Made by a program: the position numbers and the translations under genes. A stretch of DNA of 64,000 nucleotides, from NCBI GenBank assembly GCA_030605415.1, contig JAUWIJ010000006.1, forward strand, positions 2,335-66,334, given 5' to 3'. Source of the stretch: an archaeon. GTDB taxonomy: Archaea > Nanobdellota > Nanobdellia > Pacearchaeales > GW2011-AR1. Positions 9,606 to 18,910 of this stretch are shown here, in pieces (the first letter of the stretch is position 1; every line of letters starts with the position of its first letter). Below the pieces are notes generated by a model. That model was not told the origin of the DNA, ran no database searches, and saw nothing but the letters and a program-made list of their open reading frames with translations.

Positions 9606-10001
9606 ATGAGTGTAAATATAAAAGAATATCAGGAGACGTGTAAGATGACGGCGAAGAAATGTGAGAATGATAAACTTGAGATTTGCAATTGGGGACTTGG
9701 GCTTGCGGGGGAAGCGGGTGATGTAGTGTCGTGTATTAAGAAAGTGGTGTTTCATGAAAATGAAATGATTAAAGATGGTATACGAGAAAATGTGGGAGAT
9801 ATGATGTGGTATACTGCGATGATTTGTAATTTTTATGATTGGAGTCTGGATGAAATTTTAGGTGAGAATTTAGAGAAGTTGGAAAAAAGATATGCAAGTG
9901 GCGGGTTTAGCTTGAAAGAAGCACAGAGAAAAGGAACGATGAAAAAATGGAGTGGGACAGATTCTGAAGTTAAAATTGTGGGAGGTGTGGAAAATGGTTA
10001 A
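9606..10001 (+). CDS. MazG-like NTP pyrophosphohydrolase
   Basis: LGLAGEAGDV...GDMMWY...NLEKLEKRY. Confidence 0.85.
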   Translation: MSVNIKEYQETCKMTAKKCENDKLEICNWGLGLAGEAGDVVSCIKKVVFHENEMIKDGIRENVGDMMWYTAMICNFYDWSLDEILGENLEKLEKRYASGGFSLKEAQRKGTMKKWSGTDSEVKIVGGVENG

Positions 10002-13000
10002 AAAAATTAGAAAAAGAGACGGAAGCGTTGTGTTTTTTCAGAAGGATAAAATTGAGAATGCAATTTGGAAAGCTGTTCGTGCCGTCGGAGGGAAAGATAA
10101 AGAGCGTGCGAAGGAGATTGCGGGTTTGATTATTAAAAAATTGGACGAGACATATGGGGTGCATGGAATCCCGGAGGTTGAGGTTGTTCAGGATTTAATT
10201 GAGAAGATTTTAATTGAGGAAGGACATGCTCAGGTTGCTAAGGCGTTTATTCTTTATCGTAAAAGTCGTGAAGAGCTGAGAGATGTTAAGGGTCTGTTCG
10301 ATACAATTGAGGCGGTTGAAGATTACATTGGCTTGGATGATTGGATGGTTAAAGAAAATTCTAATATGGGGTATTCATTGCAGGGATTGAATAATTATAT
10401 TGCGACGAAAATTATCGCGAACTATTGGGTGAGAAGAATTTATCCTGAGGCGATTAGACGTGCTCATGAGACAGGGGATTTACATATTCATGATTTAGGC
10501 TGTTTGGGGGCGTATTGCTTTGATGATAAAACTATGATTTTAACGAAGCATGGTTGGAAATTTTTTAAGGATGTTATCAAAGGAGAAAGAGTCGCAACGA
10601 AAAATTTAAAGACGGGTGATATGGAATTTCAAGTCCCTTATGGCAGACAGGTTTATAATTATTCTGGAGAGATGTATTCTTTTGAAGGAAGAAGCGTGTC
10701 CTTGAATGTTACCCCAGAGCATCGGCTTTTAGTCAGGAGAAAACACAAGAAAACATGGGAGTTTGTTAATCCGACCGAGTTTAAATATGGCATGGAATTT
10801 GAAAAAAGAGTTTCATGGAAAGGGAAAACAGTGAAAATGTTTCAGATTCCAAATGTTAAAGGAGGTAACCGGAAGAAAGATATCGAAAAATTTAAAGTGG
10901 AAGATTATGTAGAATTTATGGGATGGTATCTTTCCGAGGGTTCAGTTTATGAGCCGAACAAGGGAGATTATAGGATAAGCATTGCGCAGTTAAGAAAAAA
11001 TTATAGAGAAGAAATTTTGAAATTATTGGATAAGATGAAACTAAATTATAATAATCAATCTAAATTCAATATTCATCTTCATTCGAAAGATCTATTTTAT
11101 TATCTAAAAGGTTTTGGAGTATCTGGTGTAAAATATGTTCCGAAAAATATTAAGGAATTGGATTCTAAAATGATTAAGAAGTTTTTAGTTGCGTTGTTTA
11201 AGGGAGATGGTTCATTTTCTGTAAATGGAAAGTTGTATAAATATTATACAAAATCTAAGAGATTGGCAGAGGATGTTGTTGAGTGTTTGTTGAAAATTGG
11301 TATTTGTGGCACGATTACAAGGAGAAAGGGGATGAATATTTATATGGTATCCGTTGAAAATAACCACCTTACTCCTGTTTATAATAAGAAAGCTGTGAAG
11401 AAAAAATATAGTGGAAAGGTTTATGATTTTTCAGTTAAAAATGGAACACTGATTGTTATGAGAGAGGGGAAAGTTGTTGTTTCGGGAAATTGCGTTGGAT
11501 GGGATTTAAAGGATTTGTTAACGGTTGGATTTAAAGGGGTTAAGGGCAAGGTTGAATCAAAGCCACCTAAACATTTGAGAACGGTGTTGGGACAGATGGT
11601 TAATTTCTTTTATACTTTGCAGGGTGAAACTGCGGGAGCTCAGGCGTTTTCAAATTTTGATACTTTGCTTGCGCCGTTTGTGAGGTATGATAATTTGGAT
11701 TATGAACAAGTTAAACAGGCCATGCAGGAATTTGTTTTTAATTTGGCGGTGCCGACGAGGGTGGGATTTCAGTGCATGTCGGAAGATACTGAAATTTTGA
11801 CACCAAATGGTTGGGCAGGTTATAACGATTTAAAAAAGGGAGATGTAATAAAAACTTTTAATATTGAAAAAGGAATAATTGAAGATAAGCTTATTAAGAA
11901 ACTTTTTGCTAGAAAATATAATGGAATTATGTATAATTTGAAAAATAGAATTCAGGACCAGTTGATTTCTCCAGGGCATAGAGTTGTTAGAAGAAAATTT
12001 TGTGGGAATTATGTTTTGGAGAAAATTGAAGATGTTAAAAAAATAAAGTCGCCATTTATAGTTCCAATTGCCGGGATTAATTCCAAGAAAGATTCAAAAA
12101 TAAGTGACGAAGAAATAAAACTTCTTGCGTGGATAATTAGCGAAGGAACGATTGAAAATTATACGACGCATAGACATTGCAAACGAATTACGATATATCA
12201 ATCTAAATTAAAGAATTTTGAAAAATATAAAGAGATAATAAATTTGTTAAAAAAATTCAAGTTAAATTTCAACGAGAGAGATTCTTGTCCGGCTTTTGGT
12301 GATTCTGTTAAAATGATAAGAATGGATGCCAAATCTTCGAGGGTTATTTATAAAATGATGGGGTCAAACGAAAGTGTTAATTTTATACCGAAGAAGTTAA
12401 CGAATATGAGTAAGAAACAATCAAGATTATTTTTGGATACTTACATCAGGGGTGATGGTTTTGAAGGTTGTAAGATTGCTACAACAAATGAAAATATTTT
12501 GGATGGATTACAACAAATTTCTGTTAATTCAGAATATGGATTTAGTGTTTTAACCAGAAAGCCGACCATTGGAAAAAAGCTGATTTATGTTTTGAGGTTG
12601 ATTAAACATAAAGATACATATATTCAAAAAGTGGAAGAAGTGAATTATCAGGGAATCATTTGGTGTCCTAATACCGATAATGAAACGGTCGTAGCCAGAA
12701 GAAACGGGAAAGTATTTATTACAGGGAATACTCCGTTTACAAACATTACAATGGATTTAGATGTGCCTGACTATATGGTGAAGGAACATGTGATTGCGGG
12801 AGGTCAGCCACAGATGGAAACTTATGGAGATTTTCAGAAAGAAATGAATATGATTAATAAGGCGTTTGCAGAATGTATGCTTGAAGGTGATGCGACGGGA
12901 CAGGTTTTTACTTTTCCGATTCCGACTTATAATATTACAAAAGATTTCGATTTTGATAATCCTGAATATGATTTAATATGGGAAATGACGGCGAAGTATG

Positions 13001-14121
13001 GTATTCCTTATTTTTCAAATTTTGTTAATTCTGAGATGAAACCGGAAGATGTGCGAAGTATGTGTTGTCGGTTAAAAATAGATAATAGAGAATTGAGAAA
13101 AAGGGGCGGTGGTTTGTTTGGTTCAAATCCATTAACAGGAAGTATTGGAGTTGTGACAATAAATATGGGGAGATTGGGTTATGTGTCGACGGATGAGGAT
13201 GATTTTATGGCGAGGTTGGATGGGTTGATGGAGTTGGCGAAAGAGAGTTTGGAGATTAAGAGAAAAACGATTGAGAACTTTACAGAGATGGGACTTTATC
13301 CTTATACGAAATTTTATCTCAGGCAGGTTTATCAAAGATTTGGTGAATATTGGAAAAATCATTTTGCGACGATTGGTCTTTTGGGGATGAATGAAGCGGT
13401 GACGAATTTTTTGCCCGGGGAAAATATTACGACAAAGAAAGGTAAAGATTTTACGTTGAAGATTTTGAATTTTATGAGGGATAGGCTGACAGAGTATCAA
13501 GAAGAGACTGAAAATATTTATAATTTAGAGGCAACGCCGGGCGAGGGAACAACTTATAGATTTGCTCGGATGGATAAAAAAAGGTTTGGTAGAATTTTGG
13601 TTGCAAATGAAGATGCGTATCAGAAAGGTGCGAAACCATATTATACAAATAGCACTCAACTTCCTGTAAATTTTACTGATGATGTTTTTGAGGCATTGGA
13701 TTTGCAGGATGAGTTACAATGTAAATACAGCGGAGGTACGGTTTTTCATACTTTTATTGGTGAGAAGATGACTAAAGATTCAGTTAAGAAGATGGTTAAG
13801 AAAATTTCTAATAATTATCATTTGCCGTATTTTACAATTTCGCCGACGTTTTCGATTTGTCCGATTCATGGATATCTGAGTGGGGAACATGAATATTGTC
13901 CGAAGTGTGATGCTGAAATAGCTGAGGTAGAAGTTGCTCCGGTTTCTGTTGCTGATGATATTGTTGAAGCAGAAAAGAGAGATGAAAAAATTAGCGAGGT
14001 TGAAAGTTTTGGAGTGATAAAAAATCAAAAGCCAGAAGTACTAGAAGTTGAAAAAGTGGCGATGAAAGGAAATAATGTGTCGGATTTAAAACTAAATTTA
14101 AGAGGTGATACTAATGAATAG
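9994..14121 (+). CDS. nrdD: Class III (anaerobic) ribonucleoside-triphosphate reductase, large part, with two inteins
   Basis: ATP cone, HIHDL, RSMCCRL, LEATPGE, YYTNST, CPIHG..CPKC; RBS ggaggtg; lacks the Gly-radical loop. Confidence 0.95.
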   Translation: MVKKIRKRDGSVVFFQKDKIENAIWKAVRAVGGKDKERAKEIAGLIIKKLDETYGVHGIPEVEVVQDLIEKILIEEGHAQVAKAFILYRKSREELRDVKGLFDTIEAVEDYIGLDDWMVKENSNMGYSLQGLNNYIATKIIANYWVRRIYPEAIRRAHETGDLHIHDLGCLGAYCFDDKTMILTKHGWKFFKDVIKGERVATKNLKTGDMEFQVPYGRQVYNYSGEMYSFEGRSVSLNVTPEHRLLVRRKHKKTWEFVNPTEFKYGMEFEKRVSWKGKTVKMFQIPNVKGGNRKKDIEKFKVEDYVEFMGWYLSEGSVYEPNKGDYRISIAQLRKNYREEILKLLDKMKLNYNNQSKFNIHLHSKDLFYYLKGFGVSGVKYVPKNIKELDSKMIKKFLVALFKGDGSFSVNGKLYKYYTKSKRLAEDVVECLLKIGICGTITRRKGMNIYMVSVENNHLTPVYNKKAVKKKYSGKVYDFSVKNGTLIVMREGKVVVSGNCVGWDLKDLLTVGFKGVKGKVESKPPKHLRTVLGQMVNFFYTLQGETAGAQAFSNFDTLLAPFVRYDNLDYEQVKQAMQEFVFNLAVPTRVGFQCMSEDTEILTPNGWAGYNDLKKGDVIKTFNIEKGIIEDKLIKKLFARKYNGIMYNLKNRIQDQLISPGHRVVRRKFCGNYVLEKIEDVKKIKSPFIVPIAGINSKKDSKISDEEIKLLAWIISEGTIENYTTHRHCKRITIYQSKLKNFEKYKEIINLLKKFKLNFNERDSCPAFGDSVKMIRMDAKSSRVIYKMMGSNESVNFIPKKLTNMSKKQSRLFLDTYIRGDGFEGCKIATTNENILDGLQQISVNSEYGFSVLTRKPTIGKKLIYVLRLIKHKDTYIQKVEEVNYQGIIWCPNTDNETVVARRNGKVFITGNTPFTNITMDLDVPDYMVKEHVIAGGQPQMETYGDFQKEMNMINKAFAECMLEGDATGQVFTFPIPTYNITKDFDFDNPEYDLIWEMTAKYGIPYFSNFVNSEMKPEDVRSMCCRLKIDNRELRKRGGGLFGSNPLTGSIGVVTINMGRLGYVSTDEDDFMARLDGLMELAKESLEIKRKTIENFTEMGLYPYTKFYLRQVYQRFGEYWKNHFATIGLLGMNEAVTNFLPGENITTKKGKDFTLKILNFMRDRLTEYQEETENIYNLEATPGEGTTYRFARMDKKRFGRILVANEDAYQKGAKPYYTNSTQLPVNFTDDVFEALDLQDELQCKYSGGTVFHTFIGEKMTKDSVKKMVKKISNNYHLPYFTISPTFSICPIHGYLSGEHEYCPKCDAEIAEVEVAPVSVADDIVEAEKRDEKISEVESFGVIKNQKPEVLEVEKVAMKGNNVSDLKLNLRGDTNE
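10516..11490 (+). mobile_element. Intein 1 with LAGLIDADG homing endonuclease (325 aa)
   Basis: GAY|CFDDKT...VVSGN|CVGW; VTPEHR block B; GWYLSEG and LFKGDG motifs. Confidence 0.92.
11773..12729 (+). mobile_element. Intein 2 with LAGLIDADG homing endonuclease (319 aa)
   Basis: GFQ|CMSEDT...FITGN|TPF; ISPGHR block B; AWIISEG and YIRGDG motifs. Confidence 0.92.
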
Positions 14122-14272
14122 GACGAAATGTGAGGTGTGGAGTAGGGTTTGTGGTTATCTTCGACCGACTGCCCGATGGAATGAAGGCAAATTAGCAGAG
14201 TTCAAAGATAGGAAGATGTTTAGCGCGACGAGAACTGAGAACTCGGCGGACAGGATACCCTCACAGATATAA
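14114..14272 (+). CDS. Stand-alone NrdD glycyl-radical domain peptide (52 aa; absent from the ORF track)
   Basis: MNRTKCEVWSRVCGYLRPTARWNEGKLAEFKDRK; RBS gaggtga at 14102-14108. Confidence 0.92.
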   Translation: MNRTKCEVWSRVCGYLRPTARWNEGKLAEFKDRKMFSATRTENSADRIPSQI

Positions 14273-14590
14273 GGGAGAGATGGGTTGGGGCACACTGAGT
14301 CCAGAACTGAGAACTCCAACGAGAACTTAGATCTCAGAACTGAGAACTCCAACGAGAACTCAGATACCCTCACAAATATAAGAGAAAAACAGGTTGGGGC
14401 ACGCCGACTCAGATCTCAGAACTCAGAGGGGAAAGGGGGCAACCGACAACCGACGGGGCAGAAACTCAGAGGGGGAACGGGGAAGCGGGGGTGGCTCTAA
14501 GAGCGAATGAAATGAACGGTCTGAGTTCTCAGAGCAAAGCGGTCTAAGTTCTCAGAGTGAAACGACCTGAGTTCTGAAGGAGAAATGAGA
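14229..14590 (+). repeat. Composite heptamer repeat element with two 37-bp motifs
   Basis: gagaact/cagaact units, G-rich core, inverted gttctca units; blocks shared with 47453 and 52583. Confidence 0.85.
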
Positions 14591-14615
14591 AACAAAAAAT
14601 GAGAATAATGTTAAA

Positions 14616-15320
14616 ATGAAAATTGCAGGTCTACAAAAAGTAACAACGATTGATTATCCGGGCGAGATTGCGTGTACGATTTTTTTACATGGATGTAGTT
14701 TTCGTTGTGGGTTTTGTCATAATCCCGATTTGGTTATTGGGGATTTTAAAGGGGGTTATCATGAAGAGGAGGTTTTAGAATTTTTGAAAAAAAGAAGTGG
14801 GAAATTAGATGCGGTTTGTATTACAGGTGGCGAGCCGTTAATGAGTTTGGATTTTGATTTTGTGAAGAAGATTAAAAAGTTAGGATATAAAGTAAAGATT
14901 GATACAAACGGTTCGTTTCCAAGCCGACTAAAAGAGATGATTGATTTGGGACTGGTCGATTATATTGCGATGGATGTGAAGAGTTGTAGAAAGGATTATG
15001 AAAAAGTTGCTGGTGTTAAGGTTGACTTAAAAAAAATTGAAAAGTCAATTAAGATGATTTATAATTTTGAAGAGTACGAGTTTAGGACGACGATTGTAGA
15101 AAGATATCATAATGTGGATTCCATAAAAGCTTTGGGAAAATGGTTAAATGAGATTTGTGGTGCGAAACCGAAGAGATATTTTTTGCAGGGGTTTAAGCGA
15201 AACGAAGGGGGGATGATTGATTCTTCTTTTTTGAAAGAGAAAGATGTTAGCGAGGAATTTTTGAATGAATTAAAAAGTAGTGTCAAAGAATTTTTTGAGG
15301 AAGTTGGGATTAGGGATTAG
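14616..15320 (+). CDS. nrdG: Anaerobic RNR activating radical SAM enzyme
   Basis: GCSFRCGFCHNP, ITGGEP, DTNGS, YEFRTT; follows nrdD. Confidence 0.92.
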   Translation: MKIAGLQKVTTIDYPGEIACTIFLHGCSFRCGFCHNPDLVIGDFKGGYHEEEVLEFLKKRSGKLDAVCITGGEPLMSLDFDFVKKIKKLGYKVKIDTNGSFPSRLKEMIDLGLVDYIAMDVKSCRKDYEKVAGVKVDLKKIEKSIKMIYNFEEYEFRTTIVERYHNVDSIKALGKWLNEICGAKPKRYFLQGFKRNEGGMIDSSFLKEKDVSEEFLNELKSSVKEFFEEVGIRD

Positions 15321-15369
15321 GAAATTTTTTAACAAAATGTTTATATAGTAGTTATAAGTTCTGTATAAC

Positions 15370-15606
15370 ATGGAAAAAACAACTATTCAAATAAGTTCAG
15401 ATACTCTTGAAAGATTGAAGATGCTTAAGAGACACGAAAGGGAATCTTATGATTTTGTTTTGAATGTCCTTTTGGAAGAAGCTGAAGAAGATGTTTTGGA
15501 CGACGACGAAATTGACGAAATTAAGGAAGCTTTAGAAGAAGTTAGAAGGGGAGAAACTATTCCAATAGAAGATGTCGCAAAAGAATTTGGAGTAATTCTT
15601 AGATAA
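15370..15606 (+). CDS. Antitoxin (RHH-like, acidic)
   Basis: TTIQIS..ESYD N-terminus; directly upstream of a RelE-like gene. Confidence 0.75.
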   Translation: MEKTTIQISSDTLERLKMLKRHERESYDFVLNVLLEEAEEDVLDDDEIDEIKEALEEVRRGETIPIEDVAKEFGVILR

Positions 15607-15607
15607 A

Positions 15608-15856
15608 ATGTATTTTGTAGAATTTTCTAAATCTGCTAAAAAATTTCTCAAGAAAATTTCTCAAGAAGATAAGAGTATACTCTTAAATAAACTTTATTCT
15701 ATAAGAGAAAATCCATTTAGATTTTTGAAAAGATTGCAAGGACATAAACTTTGGAGATTAAGGGTTCTTAAATATAGGATGATTGTCGACGTCGTCGTTT
15801 CGGGCAGGAAAATAATTGTTTTAAGAATTGGTTATAGAAAGAATGTTTATTCCTAA
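15608..15856 (+). CDS. RelE/ParE family toxin
   Basis: VEFSKSAKKFL...WRLRV..YR...VLRIGYRKNVY. Confidence 0.88.
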   Translation: MYFVEFSKSAKKFLKKISQEDKSILLNKLYSIRENPFRFLKRLQGHKLWRLRVLKYRMIVDVVVSGRKIIVLRIGYRKNVYS

Positions 15857-15911
15857 TAGGGTGTTGGATATTTTTTGAAAGATAGTTTTGAACTTAAGAG
15901 GTTTGAATTAG

Positions 15912-16100
15912 TCAAACAGAATCATCTATGTGTTTAATGTCTGGATTTCTTGGGAGTTCTTTTGACGATTTAATATTGAGAAAATAACCACCCCCACGAG
16001 AAATAAAACTCTTTCCTAAAACAGACGCAGAATAATTGGCTCTTATGCGAATTCTTTCTTGCTCGGCAATATCTTCAGGGGTATCTTGATAATGTTCCAT
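15912..16100 (-). CDS. Small hypothetical protein
   Basis: 62-aa ORF with a TATA-like box about 25 bp upstream. Confidence 0.45.
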   Translation of the reverse strand: MEHYQDTPEDIAEQERIRIRANYSASVLGKSFISRGGGYFLNIKSSKELPRNPDIKHIDDSV

Positions 16101-16152
16101 TAAGAATTAAATGAACTTGGATATATAAATTTATCTTAATAGTTTGGTTTTT

Positions 16153-17388
16153 TTAATTTTCTAACTTCCTACTCAACCTCTCAATTGCATTAACATACGC
16201 TGCAATTCTTGTCGTGGTTTGATATTTTTCCTTTTTATCTAGAATTTCTTTTGTCGCATTTTGCATTTTTTCTTTTAGCTTTTCATCTACTTTTTCTGCT
16301 GTCCATTTTTCCTGATTTATATTTTGGAACCATTCGTAATAAGAAACAGTTACTCCGCCGGCGTTTGTGAGAATGTCAGGAAGGATTAGTTTATTTTTTT
16401 CTTCAAGAATTTTATCTGCTTCGGGCGTTGTTGGTCCATTTGCAAGTTCTAAAATTATTTTTGCCTTTATTTTGTCTGCATTTTTTTCTGTGATTTGATT
16501 TGCAAGAGCTGCCGGAACTAAGACGTCACAATCTAATTCTAATAACTGTTCATTTGTCATGCAAATTGTGTCTGGAGTATTCATCACCGAACCCGTTTGT
16601 TTTTTATGTTCGAGAACTTTATTTATATTTAGTCCTTTTGGATTGTGGATTGCGCCTTTGGAATCTGAGATGGCAATTATTTTTGCGTTATCTTTGGATA
16701 TCAGTTTTGCGAAATTTCCGCCGGCGTTTCCGATTCCCTGAATTGCTATAGTTGCATTTTCCAGAGTTGGAATTATTTTAGTTTGTTCGATTGCTTGTTT
16801 TAAAACAAACTGTCCGCCTCGTGCCGTTGCAGTGTCTCGTCCGAGCGAGCCTCCGTTTTCTATAGATTTCCCCGTGACAACAGCTTTTGCTTTTTCAATT
16901 GGTATACCTTCTGTTTTAGAATATTCGTCGACGATTATGTCCATTATTTTTGAGTTTGTATATACGTCTGGTGCGGGGATATCTTTGTGTGGTCCGATTA
17001 CCGGAGCGATTTTTTTTATGAATCCTCGCGTTAAATTTTCAATTTCTTGTTCTGAAAGTTCTTTTGGATTACAAATTACTCCACCCTTTCCCCCTCCGAG
17101 TGGAAGATTCAGCGTCGCTGTTTTTATTGTCATCCAGATTGACAGGGCAGATACTTCATTGAGATTTACTTCCGGATGGTATCTTATTCCTCCTTTGTAT
17201 GGTCCGAGTAACGAATTGTGTTGGATTCTGTAGCCGGTAAAAATTTTCTGTGTTCCGTCATCCATTTGTACAGGGAAATTTACTTTTACTTCTCTTTCTG
17301 TGTTTAGAATTATGTCGAGAGTTTCTTTTGAGAGATTTAATTTTTCTGCCGCCTTTTTAATTGTGTTTTTTGCGTTTTCTAGTTCCAT
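16153..17388 (-). CDS. gdhA: Glutamate dehydrogenase
   Basis: GPYKGGIRYHP, GGGKGG, DIPAPDV, NAGGVTVSYYEW. Confidence 0.96.
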   Translation of the reverse strand: MELENAKNTIKKAAEKLNLSKETLDIILNTEREVKVNFPVQMDDGTQKIFTGYRIQHNSLLGPYKGGIRYHPEVNLNEVSALSIWMTIKTATLNLPLGGGKGGVICNPKELSEQEIENLTRGFIKKIAPVIGPHKDIPAPDVYTNSKIMDIIVDEYSKTEGIPIEKAKAVVTGKSIENGGSLGRDTATARGGQFVLKQAIEQTKIIPTLENATIAIQGIGNAGGNFAKLISKDNAKIIAISDSKGAIHNPKGLNINKVLEHKKQTGSVMNTPDTICMTNEQLLELDCDVLVPAALANQITEKNADKIKAKIILELANGPTTPEADKILEEKNKLILPDILTNAGGVTVSYYEWFQNINQEKWTAEKVDEKLKEKMQNATKEILDKKEKYQTTTRIAAYVNAIERLSRKLEN

Positions 17389-17637
17389 AGATTTCTTTCT
17401 TTTTTAGAAAAAAAGAAATTTCTCTTCCGCCCAAAATGGCGTACCTCTGTTGAGGCAAAGTAGAAAAAACTTATTTTCCAAATACCCTCGCGAACCGATT
17501 TGTAAAATTGGCTGGGGCACTCTGACTTTGTTTTGATTTAATTCTTGTATATCAATTTAGTTTTATTTTTAAATATTCGTAAGCATTGTTTACTTGGGTT
17601 ATAGAAAATTTATAAAGGTTGAATCAAATTGTTTATC

Positions 17638-17724
17638 ATGATTAAAATAAAAATTAAAAAACTGAAAGAGAGTGCAATTATTCCAAAATATGCGCACGAG
17701 GGTGATGCCGGGACACGAGCTTAG
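17638..17724 (+). pseudogene. dut: N-terminal remnant of trimeric dUTPase
   Basis: MIKIKIKKLKESAIIPKYAHEGDAG then stop at the repeat element; TATA box upstream. Confidence 0.85.
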
Positions 17725-17957
17725 GTATTTGGTATTTGGTATTCGTGGGGGAAGCGGGGACAAGGGATTTGGGATTTGTGGGGAGCAACATCGGAGATGT
17801 TGCGGTTGGAAGTTCGGCGTTAGGGGTACCCTCACATATCCAAAATAAAAATAAGTTGGGGCAGACCCTTCGGAGCGGGGGACTACTAACTACTAACTAC
17901 CAACTACTAACTGGCGGGCAAGGACTACCAACTACAAACTAGGAACGGGGTGAGGGC
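17713..17957 (+). repeat. Composite heptamer repeat element with a 37-bp motif
   Basis: ggtattt units, G tracts, motif at 17827-17863, actacta/actacca arrays. Confidence 0.85.
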
Positions 17958-17990
17958 AATGTTTATATATTACATATTGTTAGTACATTT

Positions 17991-18500
17991 ATGGTGAGTT
18001 TGAAAATTGAGTTGGGGAAGAAAAATATTACTTGGGTGGTTTTGTTAGTTGCTGTGTTGGTCGTCGGTGTTGTTTATGCTTATGGGACTTCTAATCCTGC
18101 GGTGATGGGACATAGTGCTGGGGAGATTGAAGTGGATAATGCTTTTTGTAACAAGATAACGGGACATAATTGTGGAACGGATACAGATGACCAAAAATTA
18201 TCTATTGTTGGACAGAAATTATCACTAACTGATGGAGGTTCAGTGAGTTTGCCGGGTGGGTTTTTTTCTAGTGTTATTACTAAAACTTGTAGCAGTAGTG
18301 GACAATACTATGCTTCATGTTCTGCTATTTGTCCCACTGGAACCACATTAATAGGCGGAGGCTGTCGAGTAGATAATCGATGGTGGAATATTCAAGGTAA
18401 TTATCCTTCCGGTAATAGTTGGGTTTGTCAAGGTCATGAAGATTATGGTTCAGTAGTTTATAATAAGAATATATACGGATATGCTTTATGTGCTAGTTAA
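17991..18500 (+). CDS. Secreted/surface Cys-containing protein
   Basis: N-terminal hydrophobic helix; C-terminal CPTGTTLIGGGC domain. Confidence 0.65.
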   Translation: MVSLKIELGKKNITWVVLLVAVLVVGVVYAYGTSNPAVMGHSAGEIEVDNAFCNKITGHNCGTDTDDQKLSIVGQKLSLTDGGSVSLPGGFFSSVITKTCSSSGQYYASCSAICPTGTTLIGGGCRVDNRWWNIQGNYPSGNSWVCQGHEDYGSVVYNKNIYGYALCAS

Positions 18501-18910
18501 TTCTAATATTTTATCAAAATAAAAGGTGTGAACTATTTTTTATAATATTAAAATAATATATATTTATTATTATTTCAATTTAGTTAAATTAATAAATAAA
18601 AAATTCTGTCATGAACTTCTTCTAAAAAATAATTAAATTAAAACTTCTTCATTAACTTAATTCTAAAATTATCTAAGCCAAGTCTTAAATCTCCACAAAA
18701 TAATATACAATCTATCGCAATAGTCTTTATAAATTTGGATTTGGTTTTTGGTTATGATTATTGGAATTATTGAATTACATAAAAGGACAGAGAAAGTTCT
18801 GAAGTAAAATTAATTATAAATCATAGAAATCTTTAATAAATCCCATAGGAAGTATAGGGATTATTAATCATAATACAAATATTTATAAACTAATTTGCAG
18901 TATAATTCTT

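Noticed and set aside
14100..14125. Programmed frameshift or sequencing error joining nrdD to the radical domain
   Set aside because: The small ORF has its own RBS and ATG and no slippery run is evident; not excluded without reads.
14285..14500. 71-aa ORF (also 14155-14373, 17599-17835, 17736-17942, 20252-20566) as real genes
   Set aside because: These are translations of repeat elements.
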